The translations under genes were made by a program, and so were the position numbers. From Pseudomonadota bacterium (GTDB taxonomy: Bacteria > Pseudomonadota > Gammaproteobacteria > Burkholderiales > Burkholderiaceae_C), in assembly GCA_039798085.1 (NCBI GenBank), contig JBDKGR010000001.1, positions 2,147 through 66,146 of the forward strand: a stretch of 64,000 nucleotides of DNA, written 5' to 3'. Under the pieces are notes generated by a model. That model was not told the DNA's origin. It saw nothing but the letters and a program-made list of their open reading frames with translations, and made no database searches. Positions within the stretch are counted from its first letter, which is position 1, and every line of letters begins with the position of its first letter. This document shows, piece by piece, positions 21,017-32,600 of this stretch.

Positions 21017-23188
21017 TCAATACGGGGTTTTCTTCGGATTCGATTCAAACGTCCGCAAACCTGCGCCAATCAGCTCAGGGGATATGCCCAACGCCCACGC
21101 TGCCGCCACCGCTGCCATCACCATTTCTGGTTGCGAAGCCTTCTCCGGTTTCAAGGATTGCAACGCAAATAAAGCGACTTCTTCTCCACCGTGCGCCAAA
21201 ACAATGCAGCCATCGCGCAAAAATACCGCCCGTTCGCCTGCCGCGCGGTGTTCAACAAGGACGCTGTGCTGCGCATCCAGCCCATAAAAAATGACTTTTC
21301 CATCGCACAACGCCGCCATTTCTACGACTTGGGGGTCGGCAACATTCAATACGGCCGTTCCGCTGGGCAAAATCACGTCCACTTGGGTGCGGACGACTTT
21401 GTAGGTTTGTTCGGCATCGAAAATATCGAATTCTGCAAGCGATTCTTGCCAACTCACATCGGTCACCACACCCACGCTGCATTTATCGTAAGCCAAACCT
21501 TCAGCCAAAATCATGGCACTGGCATTTTCAAATACCGCCGCTTGCACTGAACGGTTCATTAACAGGCGTTGCCCGGCTTCCCAATGGGCGCAATTTTTGG
21601 ATTCGACTTGCCGCCCATCCAAATAAAGACCTTCACTGCACGCCAGCCCAACGTGCTTGCCGCTGATATGGACTAACCACGCCACCAGCCGCGCGATGCG
21701 TCCGGTTTTTTGCGTTCCGGTAATGCCGATGATGGGGATACGCCCATCGCGCTCTGCTTGGAAGAGGTGCGCAATAATCGCTTTTCCTACGGGGCGACCT
21801 TCGCCGTTAGCGGGTTTGATGTGCGATAACAATCCGGGGCTGGCATTAACTTCAATCACCGCCGCGCGTTGGCTTTGAATGGGTTTCGAAATATCGTCCA
21901 ACACCATATCGATTCCGGCAATATCCAAGCCCACAATCCGCGCGGCGAGGGCAGCGGTGGCGGCAACGCTGGGGTGCATGGAATCGGTCACATCAAAGGC
22001 AACATTGCCATTGCGCTGAATCAAAATTCGATGCCCTTTGTTCGGAATCGATTGGGGGGTTAGCTTTACGCGCTCTAATTCTAATAACACCTCGCCCGAT
22101 TCGCTCGGAATCACGAGATTGAGCGGAAACGCTTCGCCCGAACCACGCCGAGGGTCACCGTTGATTTGCAAATCGGCTAATTGGTCGATGGTGGAAATGC
22201 CATCGCCCACCACCCACAGCGTTTCGCCACCTGCTGCGGCTACCACTTGCTTGCCCACCACCAGCAAGCGATGTTCGTTACCGGGGATGAATTTTTCCAC
22301 AATCACGCTGCTACCGCCGCCTTTGCGGTGCGCTAGGGCAAAAGCGGCTTCGACGTCGCTTTGCGTGCGCAAATCCAGCGACACGCCGCGCCCGTGGTTG
22401 CCATCGTAGGGTTTCAATACGACGGGGATTCCAATATCTTGCGCAGCCTCCCATGCAGCCGCAGCGCTTTTGACCAATTCGCCTTCAGGAACCGGTACGC
22501 CACAGGCTTTGAGGAGCGATTTGGTCAAATCTTTATCGCTGGCAATTTCTTCGGCGATTGCGCTGGTTTGATCGGTTTCTGCCGTCCAAATGCGGCGCTG
22601 GTTGATGCCGTAGCCCAGTTGCACGAGGTTGCCTTCGGTCAGGCGAATGAAAGGAATTTTGCGATCAATCGCCGCATCCACAATGTGCGAGGTGCTGGGG
22701 CCCAGCATTAAATCATCGGCTTTTTCGCGCAAATCGGCGATGGTGGCGGCTACGTCATAATCCGTGCCATTGATGGCGGCTACGACCAAATCCCGCGCCG
22801 CATAGAGCGCTTGGCGACCAATTTCTTCTTGGCGCGTGCGAAATGCCAGCTTGTAAATCCCGCGTTGGGAAGTTTGGCGTGTTTTGCCGAATCCGGTACG
22901 CATTCCGACCAAATTCTGCAATTCCAGCGTGACGTGTTCCAGAATATGTCCGGCATACGTTCCCTCGCGCACGCGCTGCAAGAATCCACCGTATACGCCC
23001 GGGCTGCAACGGTGTTCTACTAAACTCGGTAAAAACGCCGTCAAGCGTTCATAGAACCCCTCTAGGGTGTTGGAAGGGTAATCTTCTAAACTTCCAATAT
23101 CTACCCATGCTTCGATAACCGGACGGTATGTCCAGATATTCGGGCCTCGAAGGTGCTTGACCTTCAAAATTTCAATTCTTTTTGTCAT
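21017..23188 (-). CDS. cphA: Cyanophycin synthetase-like partner (CphA'/CphA2-type, shortened C-terminus, degenerate P-loop)
   Basis: HLRGPNIW, HILEHV, LGPST and KPYDGNHGRG; the P-loop reads GITGTQKTG and the final Mur-ligase domain is absent. Confidence 0.88.
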   Translation of the reverse strand: MTKRIEILKVKHLRGPNIWTYRPVIEAWVDIGSLEDYPSNTLEGFYERLTAFLPSLVEHRCSPGVYGGFLQRVREGTYAGHILEHVTLELQNLVGMRTGFGKTRQTSQRGIYKLAFRTRQEEIGRQALYAARDLVVAAINGTDYDVAATIADLREKADDLMLGPSTSHIVDAAIDRKIPFIRLTEGNLVQLGYGINQRRIWTAETDQTSAIAEEIASDKDLTKSLLKACGVPVPEGELVKSAAAAWEAAQDIGIPVVLKPYDGNHGRGVSLDLRTQSDVEAAFALAHRKGGGSSVIVEKFIPGNEHRLLVVGKQVVAAAGGETLWVVGDGISTIDQLADLQINGDPRRGSGEAFPLNLVIPSESGEVLLELERVKLTPQSIPNKGHRILIQRNGNVAFDVTDSMHPSVAATAALAARIVGLDIAGIDMVLDDISKPIQSQRAAVIEVNASPGLLSHIKPANGEGRPVGKAIIAHLFQAERDGRIPIIGITGTQKTGRIARLVAWLVHISGKHVGLACSEGLYLDGRQVESKNCAHWEAGQRLLMNRSVQAAVFENASAMILAEGLAYDKCSVGVVTDVSWQESLAEFDIFDAEQTYKVVRTQVDVILPSGTAVLNVADPQVVEMAALCDGKVIFYGLDAQHSVLVEHRAAGERAVFLRDGCIVLAHGGEEVALFALQSLKPEKASQPEMVMAAVAAAWALGISPELIGAGLRTFESNPKKTPY

Positions 23189-25298
23189 GACCATAATTTT
23201 AGAAAACGAAAATGAAAATGTATTAGCGACATTAGAGCTTGATCTTGATGCACGCCTCCATTTTGTCAAAGGCTCGGTGGTTTTAACCGATAAGCGCATT
23301 GTGAGCGAAGAATTGGGTCTATCGCGCGAATGGAATTTGCACCCAGAATTGCAATTACACCACCACGATCATGCTGGTGTGGGGCATCTTGAATTGGTTG
23401 ATTCCAGCGGGCTGTTAGCTACATGGCGTTTTACGCTGGGGCACAATTTGGATGCAATGCGGTTAGTGAATGCGTTTTACGCCAAACCCATCGCCGAAGA
23501 AACTTCGTTTGCTTCAGAAAATACACCGACCCCTTCTACTTGGATTTTGTTTCGGTTATGGCGTTTTACCAAACCCTACAAAGGAGAATTGCTACTGGGT
23601 TTTATTTTGATGCTATTGGGAACGGCAGCGCACCAAATCCCGCCGTATTTAACGATTCCTTTGGTGGATGAGGTGCTGATTCCTTTTCAAAACGGGCAAC
23701 AAATTCCGGCGGCTACGGTCGCGTGGTATTTGAGTGGCTTACTGGGTGCGGCGATATTGGCATGGGCACTGGGGTGGGCGAAAAAATACGTGTTGGCACG
23801 GGTCTCTGAACGCATCGCCGCCGATTTACGCACCACGACCTACAACCATTTAATGCAGCTCTCATTGGAATACTTTGGTGGTAAGCGCACGGGCGATTTG
23901 CTTTCCCGCATCGGTAGTGGCAGTGACCGGATCGCCGTGTATTTGTCGCTGCACCTCACCGACTTTGCCAGCGATGTGGTGATGATTGTGATGACTGCCG
24001 TCATTTTGTTTACCCTCAACCCGTATTTGGCGCTGATCACACTGGTTCCTTTGCCTTTTATTGCGTGGTTGATTCATGTGGTGCGTTACAAATTGCGCAC
24101 GGGCTTTGAAAAAATCGACCGTGTATGGGGTGAGGTAACCAATGTTCTAGCCGATACCATCCCCGGCATTCGGGTGGTGAAGGCTTTTGCGCAGGAGCGG
24201 CGCGAATCCCAGCGTTTTCAGGATGCGAATCGTGCCAATTTGCACGTTAATGACCGTTTGAACCAAATTTGGGCCTTGTTTTCCCCCACGGTTTCTTTAT
24301 TGACGGAAGTCGGTTTGCTGGTGGTGTGGGCGTTTGGTATTTGGCAAGTCTCCAAGGGCGAAATCACGGTGGGAATGTTGCTCGCCGCCATTGCTTATAT
24401 CAGCCGCTTTTATGGACGACTGGATGCCATGAGCACGATTGTTTCGGATACGCAAAAAAGTGCCTCGGCTGCCAAGCGCATTTTTGATATTTTGGATCAT
24501 GTCTCTAGCGTCCCCGAACCTGCGAACCCTGTTCATATCGGCAAAGTGAAAGGCAAAATCGAGATACGCGAAGCGGGCTTCCGTTACGGTAATCGGCAGG
24601 TGAATAAAGGCATCAACCTGACGATAGAACCCGGGCAAATGATCGGTTTGGTGGGGCATAGCGGTTCGGGTAAAAGTACCTTGGTGAATTTGATTTGCCG
24701 CTTTTACGATGTGAATGAGGGGGCAATTTGGGTCGATGGAGTCGATATTCGCAGCTACGCGATTTCTGATTACCGCCAAAATATCGGTTTGGTATTGCAA
24801 GAGCCGTTTTTATTTTTTGGCACGATTGCCGAAAATCTGGCCTACGGCAAACCCGATGCGACGCGAGAAGAAATCATCGCCGCTGCCCGTGCCGCCCACG
24901 CCCACGAATTTATTTTGCGCCTACCGCAAGGCTACGATTCGATGGTTGGGGAACGGGGACAAGGTTTGTCGGGCGGGGAACGCCAACGCATCTCCATCGC
25001 TCGCGCCTTGCTGATTGACCCGCGCATTTTGATTTTGGACGAAGCCACTGCCTCGGTCGATTCGGAAACCGAAAAAGAAATCCAAAAAGCCTTGGAAAAC
25101 CTCGTGCAAGGTCGTACCACCATTGCGATTGCGCACCGCCTTTCTACGCTGCACCGCGCGGATCGTTTGGTGGTACTGGATCGCGGTCGCATAGTGGAAG
25201 AGGGCACGCACGATGCGTTGATGGAAGCCGAAGGTGCGTATTACAAACTCTACCAAGCGCAAGCACGCAATGCAGCCGTGATGGTGGAGGAAGAATAA
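23187..25298 (+). CDS. Cyanophycin-locus ABC transporter (fused permease-ATPase)
   Basis: TM domain followed by GHSGSGKS, LSGGERQR and ILDEAT; adjacent to cphA genes. Confidence 0.92.
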   Translation: MTIILENENENVLATLELDLDARLHFVKGSVVLTDKRIVSEELGLSREWNLHPELQLHHHDHAGVGHLELVDSSGLLATWRFTLGHNLDAMRLVNAFYAKPIAEETSFASENTPTPSTWILFRLWRFTKPYKGELLLGFILMLLGTAAHQIPPYLTIPLVDEVLIPFQNGQQIPAATVAWYLSGLLGAAILAWALGWAKKYVLARVSERIAADLRTTTYNHLMQLSLEYFGGKRTGDLLSRIGSGSDRIAVYLSLHLTDFASDVVMIVMTAVILFTLNPYLALITLVPLPFIAWLIHVVRYKLRTGFEKIDRVWGEVTNVLADTIPGIRVVKAFAQERRESQRFQDANRANLHVNDRLNQIWALFSPTVSLLTEVGLLVVWAFGIWQVSKGEITVGMLLAAIAYISRFYGRLDAMSTIVSDTQKSASAAKRIFDILDHVSSVPEPANPVHIGKVKGKIEIREAGFRYGNRQVNKGINLTIEPGQMIGLVGHSGSGKSTLVNLICRFYDVNEGAIWVDGVDIRSYAISDYRQNIGLVLQEPFLFFGTIAENLAYGKPDATREEIIAAARAAHAHEFILRLPQGYDSMVGERGQGLSGGERQRISIARALLIDPRILILDEATASVDSETEKEIQKALENLVQGRTTIAIAHRLSTLHRADRLVVLDRGRIVEEGTHDALMEAEGAYYKLYQAQARNAAVMVEEE

Positions 25299-25329
25299 AT
25301 ATTAAATAATAAATAATAAATAATAAATA

Positions 25330-26970
25330 ATGAACAATCAAAATTCTCTTTACTACGGAGATAACCTCAATGTATTACGTGAATCCATTGCCGATGAATC
25401 GGTGGATTTGATTTATCTCGATCCGCCATTTAATAGCGCACGGGATTACAACATTTTATTTGCATCACCCAAAGGGGCATCCAGCGAAGCGCAGATTACC
25501 GCCTTTGAAGATTCGTGGCACTGGAATCAGCAAGCGGAATCAGAATTCAACGAAATCATGCACCAGAGCAACACTGCTGTGGCGGAGATGATGGATGCAC
25601 TGCGCCGTTTTTTGGGTGAAAACGACATGATGGCGTATCTCACCATGATGGCGAATCGTTTACTGGAATTGCACCGTGTTTTGAAACCCACTGGAAACCT
25701 TTATCTGCACTGCGATCTTACCGCATCGCATTATTTGAAAATTGTATTGGATGGCGTTTTTGGAAAAAACAACTATCGCAGTGAAATTTCATGGTTACGT
25801 TCGCAACCAAAAAGTCACGGAACGACGAATTTTTCTAATTGCCGTGATATTATTTTCCGTTATGCGAAATCAGATCAAACAAAATTTTTCAAAGTTTATG
25901 GAAAATATAATAAAGATTATTTGAAGAACTTTTATAAATACCAAGATTCTGACGGAAGAATATATAGCCTTGATAATCTTGCGAATCCGAATAAAAAACG
26001 CCCTAATCTCACTTATGAATTTTTGGGTGTAACACGGGTTTGGCGTTGGACAAAAGAACGAATGCAAAAAGCATGGGAGGACGGTTTAATTGTTCAATCC
26101 AAGACGGGAGCTATTCCACGCTTTAAGCGTTATTTGGATGAAATGCACGGGCAGCCGATAACGAATAACTGGAATGATATTGAACATTTACATGGAAGTA
26201 ATGACGAATTTTTGGGTTATCCAACCCAAAAACCGGTAGCGCTTTTAGAGCGCATTATCGAAGCCAGTACCAATGAAGGCGATGTCGTTTTAGACCCATT
26301 TTGTGGCTGCGGTACAGCCGTTCATGCGGCGCAAAAATTGGGACGACAATGGATTGGAATCGACATTACCCATTTAGCCGTAAGCCTGATTGAAAAGCGT
26401 CTGCGCGATGCGTTTCCCGATAGCGTTTTTGCCATTGAAGGCACGCCCAAAGATTTGGAAGGGGCGCGGGATTTGGCGAATCGGGATAAATACCAATTTC
26501 AATGGTGGGCGTGTTCGCTGGTTAATGCCCAACCGTATCAAGGCAAGAAAAAAGGCGCGGACGGTGGTATTGATGGGCTGATTTATTTTCAAGATGGTTC
26601 TGGCGATAAAAACGATAAACAGCACAAAAAGATTATTGTTTCCATTAAAGGTGGTGGCAATGTGAACGTGGCAATGGTGCGGGATTTGGCACACGTTGTT
26701 AAGCGCGAAAAAGCCCATATCGGATTATTCGTGACGCTCACCCCGCCGACCAAACCCATGCTCGTAGAAGCGCTGAAAGAAGGTTATTACGAAAGCCCCT
26801 TGTTTCCACCGAATGCGTTTCCTGCGATTCAAATTCTCTCGGTCGAAGGTTTATTGGAGGGGACAGAACGCCCGCGTTTCCCCGATTTGGGACGTGGCAT
26901 GACCACCTTTAAGAAAGCAAAATTGGAAGAGAAAACAATCGATCAAAAAGGATTTTTCGATGAATCTTGA
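25330..26970 (+). CDS. Beta-class N4/N6 DNA methyltransferase with C-terminal Mrr/restriction-endonuclease-like domain
   Basis: Motif IV DPPF near the N-terminus, YPTQKP, motif I LDPFCGCGT, then GADGGIDG...IIVSIKGG. Confidence 0.87.
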   Translation: MNNQNSLYYGDNLNVLRESIADESVDLIYLDPPFNSARDYNILFASPKGASSEAQITAFEDSWHWNQQAESEFNEIMHQSNTAVAEMMDALRRFLGENDMMAYLTMMANRLLELHRVLKPTGNLYLHCDLTASHYLKIVLDGVFGKNNYRSEISWLRSQPKSHGTTNFSNCRDIIFRYAKSDQTKFFKVYGKYNKDYLKNFYKYQDSDGRIYSLDNLANPNKKRPNLTYEFLGVTRVWRWTKERMQKAWEDGLIVQSKTGAIPRFKRYLDEMHGQPITNNWNDIEHLHGSNDEFLGYPTQKPVALLERIIEASTNEGDVVLDPFCGCGTAVHAAQKLGRQWIGIDITHLAVSLIEKRLRDAFPDSVFAIEGTPKDLEGARDLANRDKYQFQWWACSLVNAQPYQGKKKGADGGIDGLIYFQDGSGDKNDKQHKKIIVSIKGGGNVNVAMVRDLAHVVKREKAHIGLFVTLTPPTKPMLVEALKEGYYESPLFPPNAFPAIQILSVEGLLEGTERPRFPDLGRGMTTFKKAKLEEKTIDQKGFFDES

Positions 26971-27418
26971 ACGCGATGCCTTTGGCAAACTCACTCTCAC
27001 ATTGAACAATGGGCAGCGCTACGAAGCGGTAGCACCGGTGCGGGCTTTTCCTTTGCAAGCACCAGATGAAGGAATTTCTTTGGTGAATACGGATGGCAAA
27101 GAAGTGGTTTGGATTCCCCATCTTTCCACCTTGCCACCCGCCGCTGCAAAGCTGATTGAGGAAGAGCTGAATGGGCGCGAATTTGTTCCGGTGATTACCA
27201 AAATCGCGTCCGTCACCAGCTATTCCACGCCCTGTACGTGGAAGGTTCATACCGACCGAGGCGATACCGAATTCCTATTGCGTGGAGACGAAGATATTCG
27301 CCGCGTAGGCAACGAAGGCGTATTGCTGATTGCCGATACGCATGGAATTCATTACCTCATCAAAAACCATTTTGAGTTGGATGCGTTGAGTAAAAAGATT
27401 TTGGATAGGTTTTTATGA
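26960..27418 (+). CDS. DUF1854 family protein (cyanophycin-locus associated)
   Basis: PVRAFP...EGISL...EFVPVI...TWKVHTDRG...EDIRR pattern and gene context. Confidence 0.85.
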   Translation: MNLERDAFGKLTLTLNNGQRYEAVAPVRAFPLQAPDEGISLVNTDGKEVVWIPHLSTLPPAAAKLIEEELNGREFVPVITKIASVTSYSTPCTWKVHTDRGDTEFLLRGDEDIRRVGNEGVLLIADTHGIHYLIKNHFELDALSKKILDRFL

Positions 27419-28479
27419 ACAACAATACGAACAACAATAAAACCCTTGTTTTAGGTTTTGAATCGTCCTGTGACGAAACGGGTGTGGCGTTGGTCGAATA
27501 TGCCGAAAAAGGCGTTCCGAAGCTGCTAGCGCACGCGCTGCATTCGCAAATCACCATGCACCAAGCGTTTGGCGGAGTCGTACCGGAATTGGCAAGCCGC
27601 GACCACATCCGCCGCACCCTGCCCTTGACGCAAGAGGTGCTGACCCAATCCGGTAAAACGTTGGCGGATGTCGATGTGGTTGCCTTTACGCGCGGGCCCG
27701 GATTGGCAGGGGCTTTGCTGGTGGGTGCGGGCGTGGCGTGTGCGTTGGCGGCGGCGTTGGATAAACCCGTGCTGGGCGTGCATCACTTGGAAGGACATTT
27801 GCTTTCGCCGTTTTTGAGCGCCGATCCGCCCGAATTTCCCTTCGTTGCCTTGCTGGTATCGGGCGGACACACCCAGTTGATGCGCGTGGATGGTGTGGGG
27901 CATTACGCCATCCTTGGCGAAACGATTGACGATGCAGCGGGGGAAGCCTTTGATAAATCCGCCAAAATCATGGGGCTGGATTATCCGGGTGGTCCGTTGC
28001 TAGCGAAAATGGCGCAAGAGGGAAGCCCCACGGCGTACAAACTGCCGCGCCCTTTGCTGCATAGCGGGAATTTGGATTTTTCGTTTGCCGGATTAAAAAC
28101 GGCGGTGTTGGTGCAATCGCAAAAAATCCAGCCAGCAGATTTTCCTGATTTGGCTGCATCAACCCAAGCGGCGATTGTGGAGGTGCTGGTGAAAAAATCG
28201 CTTTCCGCGCTCAAAGAAACGGGACTCAAACGGTTGGTTGTGGCGGGCGGCGTGGGCGCGAATCGGGAATTACGCACCCAACTCAATGCCGCGTGTGCGG
28301 AGCGCAAAGTGCGTGTGCATTACCCCGAATTGCATTTGTGTACCGACAATGGAGCCATGATTGCCCTCGCCGCCGCCATGCGCCTGCAAAGTGGTGTGCA
28401 GCAGGCGCACAAAAACTATGCGTTTGATGTCAAACCGCGTTGGGAGTTAACGTCATATCTCTCCCCAATAAACGCTTAG
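27415..28479 (+). CDS. tsaD: tRNA t6A37 threonylcarbamoyltransferase subunit
   Basis: [39 protein letters not shown] and CTDNGAM. Confidence 0.97.
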   Translation: MNNNTNNNKTLVLGFESSCDETGVALVEYAEKGVPKLLAHALHSQITMHQAFGGVVPELASRDHIRRTLPLTQEVLTQSGKTLADVDVVAFTRGPGLAGALLVGAGVACALAAALDKPVLGVHHLEGHLLSPFLSADPPEFPFVALLVSGGHTQLMRVDGVGHYAILGETIDDAAGEAFDKSAKIMGLDYPGGPLLAKMAQEGSPTAYKLPRPLLHSGNLDFSFAGLKTAVLVQSQKIQPADFPDLAASTQAAIVEVLVKKSLSALKETGLKRLVVAGGVGANRELRTQLNAACAERKVRVHYPELHLCTDNGAMIALAAAMRLQSGVQQAHKNYAFDVKPRWELTSYLSPINA

Positions 28480-29554
28480 AAAGCTGTGCTAAACGCTTAT
28501 TAGAACGCATGGATTCAATCCGTAAACCATTATTATAAATATCCTTATAACAATGGTTTTTATCATCCCATAATTGTTCTTTTTGAATTCCTTCGGGTTC
28601 AAATCCTAATTCCACTGTTTGATTTTGAGCAGATATATTATCACCATAAACGATGCTGGTGATTTTATGCAATCCTATACGGTTGAATGCAAAATCTATA
28701 GCAAGTAATGACGCTTCTAATCCAGCTCCAAGGGGCGTTTGTATTTTTTCTGTATCTGGTATTCCAACTAATAATTCAGCACGTTGATGCAAAAAACTAA
28801 TCGCAGTCAAACTCGCTAAACCAATAGTACGGGAATCAATTTTTCGTTCAATTACCCAATCTAGGGTATTGGTTTCACAGGGGTGCTTTTCTGTTGATTT
28901 TTTCAATGCAGCATCTAACGCCGACAATGTGGAATGTTGGAATAAATTCCGGTTGTAGCGCGTGGTAAATTCTAGATTCCGAAAACACGATTGTAAAAAT
29001 GGCGCATGGTGTGGTTCTTGGCGGCGGAGGATAAGATGTTTCCCTTCAATGGGTAAAAGCCATTCGGGGGAAACTTCCATTTGTAAACGCGGTGCATTGA
29101 TACGAGAAAAAGCGCGAAATGCTTCTTTCACATTCCCCTTCTTTTTTAAGGCTTGCCCCAAATTTTGCCAAGCAGGGGCGTAGTCTGCTTGTAGAGACAA
29201 TGCTTTTTCGATGCAAAGAACTGCTTTGGGATAATTTTCCAGACTCATCCATGCGTTACCCAGAATGTTGTAGAGCAGCGGTATGGAGTGGTTGGGTTCG
29301 GCATCTAATACGATTTTGCATTCTGCGATAGCGGAGCGTGCTTCACCGAGTTCACATAAAGCATTTGCATAATTGAGTCGAATATCGGTACGCTCAGGTG
29401 CTGCCGAGCTGGCTTTTTGAAACCACGGCAGCGCCTCAATTAGTCGCCCTGATTGTGCCAACGCCACTGCGGTGATGTGCGCAGCATTTACACCATCGCC
29501 ATTTTTTTCACAAATACGGGCTTGTTCAAGAAGCTGTGGGGTGGTGTTATTCAT
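28430..29554 (-). CDS. TPR-repeat protein fused to a RimJ/RimL-type GNAT N-acetyltransferase
   Basis: N-terminal TPR helices ([18 protein letters not shown]) and a C-terminal GNAT ([11 protein letters not shown]...N...LGFEPEG); AT-rich. Confidence 0.75.
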   Translation of the reverse strand: MNNTTPQLLEQARICEKNGDGVNAAHITAVALAQSGRLIEALPWFQKASSAAPERTDIRLNYANALCELGEARSAIAECKIVLDAEPNHSIPLLYNILGNAWMSLENYPKAVLCIEKALSLQADYAPAWQNLGQALKKKGNVKEAFRAFSRINAPRLQMEVSPEWLLPIEGKHLILRRQEPHHAPFLQSCFRNLEFTTRYNRNLFQHSTLSALDAALKKSTEKHPCETNTLDWVIERKIDSRTIGLASLTAISFLHQRAELLVGIPDTEKIQTPLGAGLEASLLAIDFAFNRIGLHKITSIVYGDNISAQNQTVELGFEPEGIQKEQLWDDKNHCYKDIYNNGLRIESMRSNKRLAQLSKRLLGRDMTLTPNAV

Positions 29555-29563
29555 AACTTGATG

Positions 29564-29593
29564 TGTTCCCGCACAATTTAAGGTGCAGGAACA
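29564..29593 (-). terminator. Stem-loop just downstream of the giant surface-protein gene
   Basis: 11-bp stem tgttcccgcac/gtgcaggaaca (one G-U pair on the minus-strand RNA) with no long U tract. Confidence 0.5.
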
Positions 29594-29613
29594 TGGCTCG
29601 CTCGGGTTAGGTG

Positions 29614-32600
29614 TTAATACACAAAGAAGTTATTAGCCGTTAAATCCGACAAGGTCGTAGTTCCTGTCAACGTGACGGTTGCTAACTGCGTCACATCCAG
29701 ACCGTTTGTGCCCGTGTGCGCACTACCCACATACCAAACCTGATTTTCAGTACCATTGTTGAACACCAGTACCAATCCGTTATCCATACCAGTAACCGTT
29801 GCACTTGCCATTGCTGCATCAACGGCTGCGGCAGAATTCCAAGTAGGTTGGGCATCGGTAATGACCCAAATGTTGTCATCGGCGGTAGGTATAATTCCGG
29901 CTGCCGTTCCGCTATTGAACACTTTGGTGGATGTTCCGGTTAAACGCAACTCACCTCTATTGTCCCCAACAGGGGTATCTTTGAACGCCAAAATATCCGT
30001 GTTAGTGAATGTGGAAACCGATTGGGTATGAAGGTACTTGTAAATCGCTTGAACGGCTGGGTTTCCTGCAACTTCTCTTCCATCGGTATACGCGGCATTT
30101 GCCGGAGTTGCCAAATCGGTAATCGAATTCGGATTTCCATTGTTGGCAGTATAAGTTACATCAAAAGCCGTTGCGGCAGGTGACCCCAAAGTCAAAATCA
30201 CTTTGTTGGAATCTGCACCCGTTCCGATTACTGCGTTAGTTACTGTATTTCCCGTCACTGTGTAATCACCTATTTCAGGTGTTCCTGTTAAGGCTTCAGA
30301 ATAAGTAAGCGTTACAGTTGTTCCGTTTGCAGATATAGGTGCGTTCATCCAAGGTGAAGTGGCATCTGCGACTATATCCAAAACAATCGCATTAGGATCG
30401 GTCAAGCCCGGAAACGGTATATTCGTTCCATCTTGTAGAATTGCTCCGGTTGGGATTTCCAAATGGTATTTATTGCCAGCTAAAAGTTCAGTACAACTGA
30501 AACTCAAACGTCCCTGATTATTTGAGGAATAAAAATAGACTTTACTGGTATCGGTCACGTCAATGGTAATATCTGCACCACCCGAATCATTTTTCAACAC
30601 CAGATTACCAGTACCTGCATGAACAGGGTGACTAAAGGTGGTGTTATAGCTGGAATTAGGTTCCATCCTGCTTGGTCCATTTCCGGTGTACATCAACGTA
30701 GGGAATCCATCGTAGGAAATATCCGATGCTCGCAGTGTATAGTCATACGCGGCATTCGCTGGATTTGCCAAATCGGTAATCGAATCGGGCGTTCCATTGG
30801 TAGCGGTATAAGTCACACCTGTGAGGCTGGCAGTGGTAACCGGAGTTCCCAAAGTCAAAATCACTTTGTTGTTATCTAAACCTGCCCCGATAGATGCCGA
30901 AGTAACCGTATTGCCGCCTACCGTGTAATCCACCACTTCAGCCGTTCCCGCCAACGCTTCGGAATAGGTAAGGGTCAAAGTAGCTCCATCAGCAGATACA
31001 ACGGCGTTTTGCATACGGGGTTGCATAGCATCCGCTACGACATTCAAAACAAGTGCAGTAGGGTCTGTCAAACCACCAAATGGCGTATTAGTTCCATTTT
31101 GCAATATCGCTCCGGCTGGAATTTCTAAATGGTAATTATTGCTAACTACAAGCCCAAGATTACTGAGATGTAGCTCGCCGTAACCATTTGTATAGGAAGA
31201 GAAACTGACTTTACTTGCATCCAATACGTCAATGGTGATGTCTGCCCCAGCAACAGTATCATTTTTCAACACAAGATTTCCAGCGCCTGCGTGAATTGGA
31301 CTGCTAAACCTAGCAATAGTAATATTGCCCGAAGTAGGTTCCACCCTGATTGCATACCCCGTGTACAACAACGTCAAAATTCCATCGTAGGTAATTTCCG
31401 AGGGTTGTAACGTAGAGGTATAAGCAGCATTCGCTGGAGTTGCCGCATCTTTAATGGAATTCGGCGTTCCATTCGTAGCGGTATAAGTCACCCCCGTGAG
31501 GCTGGCACTGGTAACCGGAGTTCCCAAAGTCAAAATCACTTTATTGCTATCCGCGCCCGTTCCGATAATTGCCGCAGTAACGGTATTTCCAGCTACTGTG
31601 TAGTCGATTTTCTCCACCGTTCCGGTTAAGGGTTCGGAATAGATTATGGTTAAAGTTGTACCATCAGCAGATACAACGGCACTTCGCATATGAGGTGGCA
31701 CGGCATCCGCGACCACATTCCAAACAATCGCATTGGGGTCAGTCAAACCACCGAACGGTGCATTGTCACTATTGCGCAATATCGCTCCGGCTGGAATTTC
31801 CAAATGGTACTTCTGACCGACTACAAGCCCACTATTTCGCAAACTGACATCCCCTCGTTGCACACCGCCGCTATACGTATAGGAGTTAAAAATAACCTTG
31901 TTGGTATCGGTCACATCAATGGTGATGTCTGCTCCACCCGAATCATTTTTCAGCACCAAGTTACCAGTACCTGCATGAACAGGGCTGCTGAAAGTAGGGA
32001 TATTCCAATACGAAGTAGGATCAACTGTTCTCGGATTTCCGGTGTACATCAACGTAGGGAATCCATCGTAGGTAATTTCCGAGGGTTGTAACGTAGAGGT
32101 ATATGCAGCATTTGCTGGATTTGCCGTATCTTTAATCGAATTCGGCGTTCCATTCGTAGCGGTATAAGTTACCCCCGTGAGGCTGGCACTGGTAACGGGA
32201 GTTCCCAAAGTCAAAATCACTTTGTTGTTATCTGCACCCGTTCCGATAATTGCCGCAGTAACGGTATTGCCGCCTACTGTGTAATCACCCAATTCCACCG
32301 TTCCGGTTAAGGCTTCGGAATAGGTAAGGGTCAAGGTCGTTCCATTTGCCGCTACCGAAGCATTTTGCATCCAAGGTGCTCTAGCATCCGCAACGACATT
32401 AAAAACAAGTGCAGCAGGGTCAGTCAAACCGGCAAATGGTGCATTGTCACTATCGCGCAATACCGCTCCGGCTGGAATTTCTAAATGGTACTTCTGACCG
32501 ACTACAAGCCCAGCATCTCGCAAATTGAAATTCCCTCGTTGTAAACCGCTACCATCCGTATAAGAAACAAAAATAACTTTAGCCGTATCCAATACATCAA

